The notes: generated by a model from the sequence alone, not told the origin. A DNA stretch of 64,000 nucleotides from an uncultured Bacteroidota bacterium (GCA_903824785.1 CAIJYD010000135.1:1928-65927), one strand, 5' to 3'; positions 7,615 to 18,457 are shown, counted from the stretch's first letter. Numbers and translations: made by a program.

Positions 7615-9417
7615 TTATCTGGCAGTTACCGGGAAGAAACATTTTACCGGAACAGCATATTTCCTGTCAACATCAGGAATCCCGTTTCCATTGGTATCTT
7701 TCATTGAATGAAGAAATTCCATCAAAGCCAGCCACTCCTTGCCTTCCTGGAGGCCCTCCTTATTTTCTTCCATATCAATTATTGCATTTTTCATGTCTGT
7801 TACAGGGTTCCCTTTTGAATCTTTAGGAACAACATTTATCAAACCGAAACTCATTTTCTTTATGATCCCGATAAATTCGAGCATATAGGAATTGGCTGTT
7901 ACAGAATAGAGCGAATTGTTCTTTTTTGAAAAATCCACATTCACATTACTGCCGTCAGAATGAACTATCTCAATTTTCATTATCTTCTTAAGCAACCCTT
8001 TTGAAGGATCATAATCTACCTTCACCCCTGAGTAGTAGCAATAGTTATCAGGACTCGATTTATAAGCAACCTGCAGAATTTCAAGAATGCTCTTGAGCTC
8101 TCTGCCAGTAACATATAGCCGCGAAAGAGGATAACCCGGAACATTATCTTTACCTGATCCGAGCGACATTATTCTGAAAATATCGGGTGCCGTCTGAATA
8201 CCCGGGACAATTTTATCGCGAATAACACCTGCAGCAACCATACTCAGATCTGTCCCTTTGCCGCCATGGCTGTTAACATAATACTGGATAGCATCTGCAA
8301 CAAGCGGGCCCATGGTGCTGGCTGCCAGATCTCCCATCTCATTTCCCTCTACCGTAAAAGCAGATTCAACGGCGGGACTGCTATAATCCATTCCCAGAGG
8401 TTTCAGCACCTCGGTAGTTATCTTCTCTTTTTGCTCATCAATAAGTTGACTAATATTTTTATCTCCCGGGATCTTGTCATCGACAGGAATAAGTTTATAA
8501 TCGTCAACTCTCAGTTTACCGGCTGAATATGTTAATTTCAATCTGCCCACGAACTGGCCGTACTCCCCCGCCTGAACTATAGGAACTCCGTTTACAATCA
8601 GAGGCTGATTGAGCAGTGTATGTGTATGACCACTGATAATCAGATCTATTCCCTTCACTTTTGAAGCAAGCTCAGCGTCTTCCCCTCCATACGGACCATC
8701 TTTTACAAGAGAGAGACCCGAGTGTGAAACACAAATAATAATATCACATTTTTCACTCTTAAGCTCTTTTACCATTTTCCTGGCATAGGAGAATTGTTTT
8801 GAAAAGGTCACAGGTGAAGCATTTGGGGAGACACGTTCAGCATCCTTCCCGGATATTGAAAAAAGACCGATCTTCAAACCATCATTTATTATTATCTTTT
8901 TTCTTACGAGAATATTATCCGATAAAAGTTTTTCGAGACCATCATCCCTGCTATCTTCTTTGTCGAATACCGTATTGCCGGCAAGAAATGAGGGGATCTC
9001 TCCGTTCTGAACTGAGGAGCTTATTATTGAAGCAAGTTTTTCCGGACCAAAATCGAATTCATGGTTCCCCAAACAGGTTACATCATAACCCATTGATTTC
9101 ATAAGCCGGAGCTGAAAGCCTGTTTTTGCTTCAAGCGCCGGAAAGAGTGTGCCCATCAGAAAATCGCCGGCATCAATTGCCAGAGTGGTTCCTGGATTAC
9201 TCTCTTTTTCACTCTTAATAATGGTTGCGATCCTTGCAAATCCCCCGATTGTTTTATCGTCATTTAGTGTAAAGGGAGTATAAGCCGATTCGGGTGAATA
9301 GCCGATAAGACGCGAATGAAGATCGTTGGTATGCAGAATGGTAATCTTCTTTTCTGTTTGCCCTGCAACAGGTATTGTAAGAGCAATAGTCAATATTAAT
9401 GGCAACAGTTTTTTCAT
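7615..9417 (-). CDS. Bifunctional metallophosphatase / 5'-nucleotidase (UshA-like)
   Basis: Signal peptide, then ILHTNDLHSRL...DAGDF...GNHEFD...SGHTH and a C-terminal 5'-nucleotidase-type domain. Confidence 0.85.
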   Translation of the reverse strand: MKKLLPLILTIALTIPVAGQTEKKITILHTNDLHSRLIGYSPESAYTPFTLNDDKTIGGFARIATIIKSEKESNPGTTLAIDAGDFLMGTLFPALEAKTGFQLRLMKSMGYDVTCLGNHEFDFGPEKLASIISSSVQNGEIPSFLAGNTVFDKEDSRDDGLEKLLSDNILVRKKIIINDGLKIGLFSISGKDAERVSPNASPVTFSKQFSYARKMVKELKSEKCDIIICVSHSGLSLVKDGPYGGEDAELASKVKGIDLIISGHTHTLLNQPLIVNGVPIVQAGEYGQFVGRLKLTYSAGKLRVDDYKLIPVDDKIPGDKNISQLIDEQKEKITTEVLKPLGMDYSSPAVESAFTVEGNEMGDLAASTMGPLVADAIQYYVNSHGGKGTDLSMVAAGVIRDKIVPGIQTAPDIFRIMSLGSGKDNVPGYPLSRLYVTGRELKSILEILQVAYKSSPDNYCYYSGVKVDYDPSKGLLKKIMKIEIVHSDGSNVNVDFSKKNNSLYSVTANSYMLEFIGIIKKMSFGLINVVPKDSKGNPVTDMKNAIIDMEENKEGLQEGKEWLALMEFLHSMKDTNGNGIPDVDRKYAVPVKCFFPVTAR

Positions 9418-9489
9418 AGGTTCAAAGTTTTGATATTCACAAATCTAATTAAAATATTGGAAAATTACATCTATGCTCCTTTTCAATCT

Positions 9490-9542
9490 TCATGAACTCA
9501 CCCCCTTCGGCATCAGAATCCTCATGAACTCACCCCCTTCGG
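9490..9542. repeat. Two copies of the 21-bp direct repeat TCATGAACTCACCCCCTTCGG, 32 bp apart
   Basis: Identical copies at 9490-9510 and 9522-9542. They lie in the gap between the folC stop and the 5'-nucleotidase start. Confidence 0.85.
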
Positions 9543-9599
9543 TTCCTGCTTCGACTTCGCTCAGCAACCGCCTCTCTGCATCGCTAAGAGGGGGAATGC

Positions 9600-10889
9600 T
9601 CAGAGAACTTCCGCAACAATAAAGGTACTTCCCCCGATAAAGATAACATCAGATGCTGAGGCATTCAGACGTGCCGACTCCAGGGCAGTTTTTACATCCT
9701 TATAACACTCTCCATATAGACCATAATGAGCTGCTTCACTCTTCAGACCAGCTTCATTAAGAGCCCGGGGGATGGATGCCTTTGTGAAATAATAGCTTGC
9801 TGCAGCAGGAAAAAGAGGCAATACTGATTTCAGATCTTTATCATTCACAAAGCCAATAATGATATGCAGCCTTCTCTTTTCAATACGAAGAAGCTGATCA
9901 ATAACAAACTCCAGCCCTTCTTTATTATGTCCTGTGTCACAAATAGTTAACGGATTATGGCCAAGTATCTGCCAGCGTCCCTGAAGACCAGTGTTTTCAA
10001 CAACATTCCTTATTCCATCTGAAATATTTTTGTCTGAAATATTAAAAACCCCCTTCAGATTTTTTATAGCACTGAATACTGCAATCAGATTTTTCACCTG
10101 GTAATCGCCGCCAAGGGGAGTCTCTCCTGTGAAACACTTATTGGTCACAGAATCTGTAATTCTATAATTTCTCCTGCCTGAATGGCTGTCGCTTTCGTCG
10201 AGCCCGCAGGAAAAACTCTCATCAGCAAAGTGAATGTAAGAGTCTGTTTCAGTAGCTTTTGCAATAAATATATCTTTTGTTTCCGGATGTGTTTCACCTA
10301 TTATTACCGGAATGTTTCTCTTAATTATTCCGGCTTTTTCAGAGGCGACTTTCCCAAGGGTATCACCAAGGAGGTCCATGTGATCGTGACCAATATTGGT
10401 TATGACCGATAAAACCGGGGTGATGATATTTGTCGAATCAAGCCTTCCGCCGAGACCTACCTCAATAACTGCAACATCAACTGACTCCTCTTTAAAAAAG
10501 TTAAATGCCATTGCCACCGTCATCTCAAAGAATGATGGTTTAAGCGATTCAATAATACCCTTATGCTCCTTTACAAATTCAACGACTCTGTTTTCAGGAA
10601 TCATAACGCCGTTAATCTTTATCCGCTCTCTGAAATCCTTAAGGTGTGGGGAGGTATATAACCCTGTCTTATATCCGGCCTCATGGAGTATTGACGCAAT
10701 CATGTGAGAAACAGATCCTTTGCCATTAGTTCCTGCTACATGAATTGTAGAAAAATTACGATGAGGATTCCCAAAATATTCATCAAGTGCAATAGAATTA
10801 CTGAGGTTATTCTTATAGGCTGCCTTACCTATCCTGTGATATGCAGGAAGCTGACTGAAGAGAAATCCGAGTGTCTGTTCGTAATCCAT
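9600..10889 (-). CDS. folC: Bifunctional folylpolyglutamate synthase / dihydrofolate synthase
   Basis: Mur-ligase P-loop HVAGTNGKGSV and a typical FolC length and layout (429 aa). Confidence 0.9.
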   Translation of the reverse strand: MDYEQTLGFLFSQLPAYHRIGKAAYKNNLSNSIALDEYFGNPHRNFSTIHVAGTNGKGSVSHMIASILHEAGYKTGLYTSPHLKDFRERIKINGVMIPENRVVEFVKEHKGIIESLKPSFFEMTVAMAFNFFKEESVDVAVIEVGLGGRLDSTNIITPVLSVITNIGHDHMDLLGDTLGKVASEKAGIIKRNIPVIIGETHPETKDIFIAKATETDSYIHFADESFSCGLDESDSHSGRRNYRITDSVTNKCFTGETPLGGDYQVKNLIAVFSAIKNLKGVFNISDKNISDGIRNVVENTGLQGRWQILGHNPLTICDTGHNKEGLEFVIDQLLRIEKRRLHIIIGFVNDKDLKSVLPLFPAAASYYFTKASIPRALNEAGLKSEAAHYGLYGECYKDVKTALESARLNASASDVIFIGGSTFIVAEVL

Positions 10890-11059
10890 TTCATTATATT
10901 AGAAACCGGCTGCAGAAGTATATAACCGGTTTAAAACTTTTTCAATACAAATAAACATACTTTACAAACAGATAACAATTTGTACCTTAAATTAGTTATT
11001 TTTACAAATCAGGTAATTTTCAATTATCAAGGTTTATAATATTGATTTTTAATTGATTG

Positions 11060-12397
11060 ATGATGAAACGAAAACGCAATAAAAAACTTTTTATCATAGA
11101 CACAAACGTTTTGCTTCATGATTATAAATGCATTTATAATTTTGAGGAAAATGACGTCATTATTCCAATAGTTGTTCTTGAAGAGCTTGACAAATTCAAA
11201 AGAGGAAATGATCTTATCAATTTTCATGCCCGCGAATTCACCAGGGAATTAGACAAACTTTCAGGCGATCTGCTTCTTACAGCCAATATCCCTCTTGGAG
11301 AAAACCTTGGAAACATGCATATTGAAACAGGCAAGGATTTCTCTGAAAAGGTCAATCAATCATTTCCCGAGAGAACACCTGATCATCGCATTCTTGCAAT
11401 AGCCGATTATGTGAACAGTGCAAATAAAGATATGACAGTGGTACTTATTACGAAGGATATTAACCTTCGTATGAAAGCCAAGTCGCTGGGTATAATTGCA
11501 CAGGATTATGAAAATGATAAAGTAGCCAATATCGACGATCTCTATAAAGGGATAAGAATACTTGAAGGGGTAGGTCAGGAATCAATAAGCAAGCTTTATG
11601 AACTTCCTGAAGGGGTGAGTGGCAGTGAATTCAATCTTGATCCAAATCTGACAGGCCATCAGTTTTTTATCATGAAGAATAACGGATCGAGCGCACTTGC
11701 ACACTATAATCCTGTTAATAAGATGCTTAGCAGAGTTATTAAACAAACAACCTATGGCATCGACCCCCGGAATGCAGAGCAGACTTTTGCGTTTGAGGCT
11801 CTCTCAAACCCCGACATTCAGCTGGTATCATTAACAGGCAAGGCTGGAACCGGAAAAACATTGCTGGCGCTGGCAGCTGCTCTCCAGCAGCACAAAAGAT
11901 ACAAGCAGATTTTCCTCGCCCGTCCTATCGTTCCACTGGCGAACCGCGATCTTGGATTTCTTCCCGGTGATGTTAAGGAAAAAATGGACCCTTACATGCA
12001 GCCTTTATATGACAACCTTACTGTTATAAAACATAAATTCAGCCATCAGAGTCCTGAGTTCCTGAGGATTAACGACATGATGAAAGAAGACAAGCTTGTC
12101 ATTACTCCGCTTGCCTATATCAGAGGAAGGAGCCTTTCAAGCATCTTTTTTATTGTTGATGAAGCGCAGAACCTTACCCCTCACGAAATAAAGACCATTA
12201 TTACCAGAGCCGGGGAAGGTACCAAAATGGTCTTTACAGGTGATATTGAACAGATTGATTCACCTTATCTCGATACAGCCTCAAACGGGTTAAGTTATCT
12301 TTCCGACAAAATGAAGAATCAGGATATCTTTGCTCATGTAAACCTGGTAAAAGGAGAACGAAGCTTCCTGGCCGAACTTGCAAGTAAATTACTTTAA
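11060..12397 (+). CDS. PhoH2-type protein: N-terminal PIN domain fused to a PhoH-like ATPase
   Basis: PIN: LFIIDTNVLLHD...VVLEELD. PhoH: Walker A LTGKAGTGKT and Walker B FFIVDEAQN. I used the ATG at 11060. Confidence 0.85.
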   Translation: MMKRKRNKKLFIIDTNVLLHDYKCIYNFEENDVIIPIVVLEELDKFKRGNDLINFHAREFTRELDKLSGDLLLTANIPLGENLGNMHIETGKDFSEKVNQSFPERTPDHRILAIADYVNSANKDMTVVLITKDINLRMKAKSLGIIAQDYENDKVANIDDLYKGIRILEGVGQESISKLYELPEGVSGSEFNLDPNLTGHQFFIMKNNGSSALAHYNPVNKMLSRVIKQTTYGIDPRNAEQTFAFEALSNPDIQLVSLTGKAGTGKTLLALAAALQQHKRYKQIFLARPIVPLANRDLGFLPGDVKEKMDPYMQPLYDNLTVIKHKFSHQSPEFLRINDMMKEDKLVITPLAYIRGRSLSSIFFIVDEAQNLTPHEIKTIITRAGEGTKMVFTGDIEQIDSPYLDTASNGLSYLSDKMKNQDIFAHVNLVKGERSFLAELASKLL

Positions 12398-12408
12398 AAA
12401 CAAATATT

Positions 12409-13095
12409 ATGAGAAACAGAATCATCCTCCCAGCAGCACTTCTTATCATTTTACTATTTACAGGTAACGCTTTTGCAACAGTCCCGGCTGATGCAAAAAG
12501 TTCTGAAAATAAGAAAAAACAAAAAGAGGAAATAATCCCGCTTTTTAACGGAAAAGATCTGAGTAACTGGGAGTTTAAATTAAAAGACCCTGCAGTCGAT
12601 CCTGCCACGGTTTTTACAGTACAAAACGGTGTGATTCATATTTCAGGGAATCCGTTCGGCTATATGCGCACAAAAGGGAGCTACTCTGATTATAAACTTC
12701 ATGTCGAATGGCGCTGGCCGGTAGAACCAACCAACAGCGGAGTTTTTGTACACGGACAGCTGCCTGATGCTATCTGGCTGAAATGTGTTGAATGTCAGCT
12801 GAAAGCAGGCAATGCAGGTGACTTTGTATGCATGAACGGCGCCGGTATGAAAGAGATGAAAGACAAATCGAATATTGTCGTGGCTAAAATGGCCGCTTCA
12901 TCAGAAAAACCGGTAACCGAATGGAACACAATGGAGGTTATCTGTAATTCAAATACTATTGAGGTGTTTGTAAACGGTGTGCTTCAGAACAAAGGTACAG
13001 AGGTAAATGTTTCAGAAGGTTCGGTTTGTTTACAGAGTGAAGGTAAGGAAATTGAATTCAGAAATATATACCTGACAAAACCCGGGAAAAAATAG
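12409..13095 (+). CDS. DUF1080 (3-keto-disaccharide hydrolase-like) secreted protein
   Basis: Signal peptide, then LFNGKDLSNWEF...VQNGVIHISG...NSGVFVH...LQSEGKEIEFRNIYL. Confidence 0.75.
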   Translation: MRNRIILPAALLIILLFTGNAFATVPADAKSSENKKKQKEEIIPLFNGKDLSNWEFKLKDPAVDPATVFTVQNGVIHISGNPFGYMRTKGSYSDYKLHVEWRWPVEPTNSGVFVHGQLPDAIWLKCVECQLKAGNAGDFVCMNGAGMKEMKDKSNIVVAKMAASSEKPVTEWNTMEVICNSNTIEVFVNGVLQNKGTEVNVSEGSVCLQSEGKEIEFRNIYLTKPGKK

Positions 13096-13252
13096 TAGTA
13101 CCGGCAATAATAGTAAAGTAATCCCGGTCTACGGAAAGTTCGTCTGTTAAATTTGGGATGCCCTGACTGAAACGACTGTATGTCATTGTAAATGAAGGCA
13201 TTACAAAATATGACCTGAGTTATTGCAATACCGGCAGCCAGAGAAAAATATA

Positions 13253-14557
13253 ATGGTTATCGAAAAGAAAAAAGTAGCATTTCATACCCTTGGCTGTAAA
13301 CTGAATTTTGCCGAGACATCAACTATTTCAAGATCTTTCCCTGATGAGAAATTTGAACGGGTATCGCCTAATTCGATAGCTGATATCTATGTTATTAATA
13401 CCTGCTCGGTTACTGATGCTGCGGACAAAAAATGCCGGCAGGCGATAAAAAAATTCACCACACTCTCTCCGGGAGCTTTTATTGCTGTTGTTGGCTGTTA
13501 TGCACAGCTTAAACCACATGAGATCTCAGCCATTCCGGGAGTAGACCTTGTACTTGGCACAAATGAGAAGTTCGATATATCTGATTATCTGACCGACTTA
13601 AAAAAGAGGCCTTCAGTGGAAATTCACTCATGCAACCTCTCTTCATCAGATAACTACAACCCCTCATATTCTCTTGGCGACAGAACACGCTCATTTCTTA
13701 AGATACAGGACGGTTGCGACTATGGCTGTTCATACTGCACCATACCAATGGCTCGCGGGAAAAGCAGGAATCCTGAGATTTCGACAATTACAGCTGAAGC
13801 CGTAAAGATTGCAGAAAGAGGAGTGAAAGAGATTGTGCTTACCGGGGTTAACATTGGTGATTTTGGAAAATCGAACGGAGAATCATTTGTTTCACTTTTG
13901 AAAGAACTGGTTAAAGTACAGGGAATTGAGAGGTTCCGAATATCCTCAATTGAACCAAACCTGCTTACGGACGAACTGATTGAGCTGGCATCTTTAAATG
14001 AGAAGATACTCCCTCATTTCCATATCCCGTTGCAGAGCGGAAGCAACAGGATCCTTGGACTGATGAGAAGAAGATACGACAGGGATCTCTTTGCTTCAAG
14101 GTTAAAATCGATAAAAGAGAAGATGCCGCTGGCCGGTATCGGAGCCGATGTAATTGTGGGGTTCCCCGGAGAAACTGAGGAAGATTTTAATGATACATTC
14201 TCCTTTCTTGAAAAGATGCCTCTCTCCTATCTCCATGTTTTTTCCTTCTCGGAAAGGCCGGGTACCATTGCAGAAAAACTACCCGGAAAGGTTGCTCCAC
14301 GAGAAAAAGATATAAGAAGTAAAATGGTTATGGCGCTTTCAGAAAAGAAGAATCGTGAATTTTACGAACTTAATAACGGACAGATAACAAATGTTCTGTT
14401 TGAGAGAACCCGTAATGAAGGGTTTATAACCGGCTTTACTTCAAACTATATCAGGGTAGAACATCAATGGCAGGCAAAGCTTGCCGGACAAATAGAAAAA
14501 GTTAAATTGAACAGGATATCGGATACAGGCAGAATGGGTATTGAACTAATTGACTGA
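13253..14557 (+). CDS. mtaB: tRNA t6A37 methylthiotransferase MtaB (radical SAM, MiaB-like)
   Basis: VAFHTLGCKLNFAETS is an MtaB-type N-terminus. Radical SAM motif CDYGCSYCTIP. I used the ATG at 13253; the track ORF starts earlier at a TTG. Confidence 0.8.
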   Translation: MVIEKKKVAFHTLGCKLNFAETSTISRSFPDEKFERVSPNSIADIYVINTCSVTDAADKKCRQAIKKFTTLSPGAFIAVVGCYAQLKPHEISAIPGVDLVLGTNEKFDISDYLTDLKKRPSVEIHSCNLSSSDNYNPSYSLGDRTRSFLKIQDGCDYGCSYCTIPMARGKSRNPEISTITAEAVKIAERGVKEIVLTGVNIGDFGKSNGESFVSLLKELVKVQGIERFRISSIEPNLLTDELIELASLNEKILPHFHIPLQSGSNRILGLMRRRYDRDLFASRLKSIKEKMPLAGIGADVIVGFPGETEEDFNDTFSFLEKMPLSYLHVFSFSERPGTIAEKLPGKVAPREKDIRSKMVMALSEKKNREFYELNNGQITNVLFERTRNEGFITGFTSNYIRVEHQWQAKLAGQIEKVKLNRISDTGRMGIELID

Positions 14558-14560
14558 ACT

Positions 14561-15367
14561 ATGATCGATCTTAAAGATATTTGTAAAGAAATTGAAAAAG
14601 CTGCCATTGAAACCGGTCGGTTTATTATGAAGGAGTCGAAAAGCTTTGATGTAACGCGTACAGAGAGAAAAGGGCTTAATGATTTTGTAAGCTATGTTGA
14701 CAAGGGGGCGGAGAAAATGCTGGTTGAAAGATTAGGCCGCCTTCTGCCTGAAGCGGGGTTTAATGCCGAAGAGGGGACATCGACAAAAAAGGGAGAAAAA
14801 TACAACTGGGTAATTGACCCGCTTGATGGAACAACAAATTTCGTTCACGGCATTCACCCCTATGCAATAAGCATTGCCCTGATGGAAGAGGAGGAAATAA
14901 TTGCAGGTGTTGTGTATGAGGCTGGCGGAAACGAAACATTTATTGCCTGGAAAGATGGAGGTGCCTGGCTGAATGGCCGCCGTATTTATGTTTCAGCAGC
15001 TACAAAACTGGCTGACAGCCTTGTAGCTACCGGATTCCCCTACAGCGACTTCACCCATCTCGACAAGTATATGGAGTGTCTTACCCATTTCTGTAAACAC
15101 TCACAGGGAATAAGGCGGCTCGGATCTGCTGCAATAGACCTTGCATACGTAGCCTGCGGTAGATTTGAAGCGTTTTATGAATATGGTCTGCATCCATGGG
15201 ATGTTGCCGCAGGAATTCTGCTGGTTCGTGAAGCAGGCGGACGTGTAAGCGATTTTTCCGGAACAGAATCGAATCTTTCAGGAGAGGAAATTATTGCCTC
15301 AACAAACCATGTTTATCAGGAAATGCTGGAAAATGTTAGTATTTTTATGAAGCATCAGAAGAGATAA
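14561..15367 (+). CDS. Inositol monophosphatase family protein (SuhB-like)
   Basis: WVIDPLDGTTNF and a WDVAAG-type motif (HPWDVAAGILLV). Confidence 0.85.
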   Translation: MIDLKDICKEIEKAAIETGRFIMKESKSFDVTRTERKGLNDFVSYVDKGAEKMLVERLGRLLPEAGFNAEEGTSTKKGEKYNWVIDPLDGTTNFVHGIHPYAISIALMEEEEIIAGVVYEAGGNETFIAWKDGGAWLNGRRIYVSAATKLADSLVATGFPYSDFTHLDKYMECLTHFCKHSQGIRRLGSAAIDLAYVACGRFEAFYEYGLHPWDVAAGILLVREAGGRVSDFSGTESNLSGEEIIASTNHVYQEMLENVSIFMKHQKR

Positions 15368-15368
15368 A

Positions 15369-16256
15369 ATGATGGGAACTATCGGATTCTACATTTTTTA
15401 CGGATTTTACCGGATAATGGCACTTCTTCCACTCAGAGTCTTATATATCCTTTCCGACTTCCTCTATCTGCTGCTCTATTACTTCCCTTCTTATCGCAGA
15501 AAAATTGTCGGAAACAATCTTAAAAACTCATTTCCAGAAAAGAGTGAAGAAGAATTGAAACAGATTGAAAAGAAGTTCTATAAACATCTGGCAGACATTT
15601 GTATAGAAGTATTTAAGGTGGGAAGAATGAGTAAATCGGAGCAGATGAAGCGGTTTACAATAACCAACATGGATGTTATTGAAAATCTGCGAAAAGAAAA
15701 ACGGGATACCATTGCTGTTATGGGTCACTACAACAACTGGGAATGGCTTTCTGCCTGGCCGCTCTATTCTGATTACAAAGCTGTATCTATCTATAAACCT
15801 TTGCAGAACAAGCTATTTGACAAGTTCATATACGACACCCGCACCAGAAACGGAATGATCCTCACTTCAATGTCAAACATCATAAGGGAAATTATCAGCG
15901 ACAGAAAGAATAATATTAATACAATCTCCGCCTTTATCTCCGACCAGACCCCCATAAAGTCTGAAATTAAATACTGGACCACCTTTCTTAATCAGGATAC
16001 CCCCGTTTTTATGGGTACAGAAAAAGTTGCCTCAAAATATGATATGGCTATTGTATTTTTTCATATTCAAAAGATAAAACGGGGCTACTACAATCTTAAT
16101 ATTGAACTTCTTTTTGACCATACTGCAGGCCTCCCTGAGTATCTGATTACTGAAACACATGTCAAAAGGCTTGAGGAGATAATTATTGAAAAACCGGAAT
16201 ACTGGATCTGGAGCCATCGGCGGTGGAAACATAAAAAGCCTGTTCAGGATGAATAA
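15369..16256 (+). CDS. Lipid A biosynthesis (LpxL/HtrB-type) lysophospholipid acyltransferase family protein
   Basis: N-terminal membrane segment, an HX4E motif (GHYNNWE), and the length and layout of lauroyl/myristoyl acyltransferases. Confidence 0.7.
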   Translation: MMGTIGFYIFYGFYRIMALLPLRVLYILSDFLYLLLYYFPSYRRKIVGNNLKNSFPEKSEEELKQIEKKFYKHLADICIEVFKVGRMSKSEQMKRFTITNMDVIENLRKEKRDTIAVMGHYNNWEWLSAWPLYSDYKAVSIYKPLQNKLFDKFIYDTRTRNGMILTSMSNIIREIISDRKNNINTISAFISDQTPIKSEIKYWTTFLNQDTPVFMGTEKVASKYDMAIVFFHIQKIKRGYYNLNIELLFDHTAGLPEYLITETHVKRLEEIIIEKPEYWIWSHRRWKHKKPVQDE

Positions 16257-17277
16257 AACTGCCATTGTAATACTAAACTGGAACGGACTTGAATATCTGA
16301 AGATGTTTCTGGGGAGTGTTGTAAAGTACTCTGCAAATCCGGAAACCATCGTCGTTGTTGCAGATAATGGCTCAACTGACGGTTCACCTGAATGGGTTTC
16401 AGAAAATTTCGGGGAGGTAAAACTTATCCTTCTTGGAAAGAATCACGGGTTTGCCGGAGGCTACAATCTTGCTATTAACCAACTGGATGCCAGATATTTT
16501 GTTGTTATTAACTCAGATATTGAAGTTACCAAAGGCTGGCTTGATCCGCTCGTCAGTTTCATGGATAACAATAGCGATGTGGCTTCGTGCCAGCCAAAAA
16601 TACTCTCTTATAACCGGAAAGATCATTTCGAATACGCAGGTGCAGCAGGCAGTTTTATTGACAAATATGGCTATCCTTTTTGCCGGGGACGAATCTTTGA
16701 TAAAATTGAAAGAGACAACGGCCAGTATAATTCCGGAATTGATATTTTCTGGTCGAGTGGTGCCTGTATGATCGTTTCCGCTGAGGCCTGGAGAGCATGC
16801 GGAGGCTTTGACGATGCATTCTTTGCTCACATGGAAGAGATAGATCTCTGCTGGCGCTTTGCCAAAGCCGGATACCGTGTTCGCTTTGTACCCGAATCGG
16901 TGGTATATCATATTGGAGGTGGTTCACTGCCTTATGAATCAGCGTTTAAAACTTATCTTAACTTCAGAAACAGCCTCTTCCTTCTGTATAAAAACCTGCC
17001 TGACAATAAACTGCACTCCACCATTTTCATAAGAAAGCTTTTGGACGGTCTGGCTGCCGTTATGTTCCTATTCAATGGTAATTTCGGTAATGTGAGGTCG
17101 GTATGGAGAGCTCATATTGACTATTATAAAAGCAAAAACGAACTAAAAGTGAAAAGAGGAGCTGTAAAAAAACTGGAAAAAATGAATTCTGAGGCAATGA
17201 TTTTGAACAAGAGCATCGTTTTTGAGTTTTATATCAAAGGCATTAAAACTTATAACTGCCTGAAAACCGGAAACTAA
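16249..17277 (+). CDS. Family 2 glycosyltransferase
   Basis: TAIVILNWNG...VADNGSTDGS...INSDIEV...GACMIV. I used the ATG at 16249, which overlaps the stop of the previous gene. Confidence 0.8.
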   Translation: MNKTAIVILNWNGLEYLKMFLGSVVKYSANPETIVVVADNGSTDGSPEWVSENFGEVKLILLGKNHGFAGGYNLAINQLDARYFVVINSDIEVTKGWLDPLVSFMDNNSDVASCQPKILSYNRKDHFEYAGAAGSFIDKYGYPFCRGRIFDKIERDNGQYNSGIDIFWSSGACMIVSAEAWRACGGFDDAFFAHMEEIDLCWRFAKAGYRVRFVPESVVYHIGGGSLPYESAFKTYLNFRNSLFLLYKNLPDNKLHSTIFIRKLLDGLAAVMFLFNGNFGNVRSVWRAHIDYYKSKNELKVKRGAVKKLEKMNSEAMILNKSIVFEFYIKGIKTYNCLKTGN

Positions 17278-17283
17278 TTAATA

Positions 17284-18453
17284 ATGAAAAAATACCAAAT
17301 GCTCGTATTCTTCTCTGTCGTACTTACAATCTATTCGCTGGCAAATATTTATCTGTTTTTCAAGGGATATAACGCTTTCCCTCTCTTAAAAAACAACAGA
17401 CTCCTCTATTCAATTGCCTTTTTCCTTCTTTCTGTAATATTTATAGCTGCTAAAATTCTTGAATCAAGACACTCTTCAGTTCTCTCTGATGCACTTAATA
17501 TTGTCGGAGGTTTCTGGCTTGCCTTTATGCTTTATGGTTTTTTCCTATTTTTAATATCTGATATTCTGTTACTTACATTAAAGATACCGGGAATTATCAA
17601 TACGGAAAATATTTTAATATTTCGCAGATGGTCATTTTTTACAGTGGTTGTTATTTCAGCATTGCTGATAACCGGGGGCTTTATAAATGCGTTAATACCT
17701 GTTATTAAAGAGTATAACATCACAATTAACAAACCTGCTGGAGATATAAAAACATTACGTATTGCAGCCGTTTCCGACATTCACCTTGGCAGTGTAATAA
17801 GGAAAAGAAGTATAAGGAAGCTTTCAGGAATGCTTAAGGAGATGAACCCTGACCTTATTCTGCTTCTTGGAGATATTGTTGACGGTGAGATCGGCCCTGT
17901 TCTCAGAGGCGATCTGCTTCAATACTTCACCTTTCCTGATTGCACCGACGGCCTCTATGCCATAACAGGTAACCACGAATTTATTGGCGGTGCAGGCCGG
18001 ACAATTCCCTATATTGAAAGCAAAGGCATCAAAGTACTTAAAGATGAAATGGTTGTGCTTGATGGAGGTATTCAGCTGATTGGCAGAACCGACAGGGATT
18101 CCCGCCGTTTTTACGATAAAGAGCGACTATCTCTTGGCGAACTCATGAAACAGGCGGATACCGCTAAGCCGGTAATACTACTTGATCATCAACCGTTTAA
18201 ACTTGAAGAAACGGCAAAGTACGGTGTTGACCTTCAGCTTTCTGGACATACGCATAATGGCCAGATGTGGCCACTTAATTATGTTACTTCAAAGATCTAT
18301 GAACTAAGCTATGGCTATCTGAAAAAAGGGAACTCACAATTTATTGTCTCTTCCGGTTATGGCTTATGGGGCCCCAGGGTAAGGTCGGGCAGCCGGTCTG
18401 AAGTACTCCTTATAAATATAACATTTTCTGATGCCGGCAGAGAGGCAAAATGA
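17284..18453 (+). CDS. Membrane-anchored metallophosphoesterase (YkuE-like)
   Basis: Four N-terminal TM segments, then SDIHLG...LGDIVDG...GNHEF...GHTHNGQ. Confidence 0.8.
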   Translation: MKKYQMLVFFSVVLTIYSLANIYLFFKGYNAFPLLKNNRLLYSIAFFLLSVIFIAAKILESRHSSVLSDALNIVGGFWLAFMLYGFFLFLISDILLLTLKIPGIINTENILIFRRWSFFTVVVISALLITGGFINALIPVIKEYNITINKPAGDIKTLRIAAVSDIHLGSVIRKRSIRKLSGMLKEMNPDLILLLGDIVDGEIGPVLRGDLLQYFTFPDCTDGLYAITGNHEFIGGAGRTIPYIESKGIKVLKDEMVVLDGGIQLIGRTDRDSRRFYDKERLSLGELMKQADTAKPVILLDHQPFKLEETAKYGVDLQLSGHTHNGQMWPLNYVTSKIYELSYGYLKKGNSQFIVSSGYGLWGPRVRSGSRSEVLLINITFSDAGREAK

Positions 18454-18457
18454 ACTC

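Noticed and set aside
12234-12608. 124 aa minus-strand ORF
   Set aside because: It spans the junction of the PhoH2 and DUF1080 genes on the opposite strand. Both sense genes have clear family motifs.
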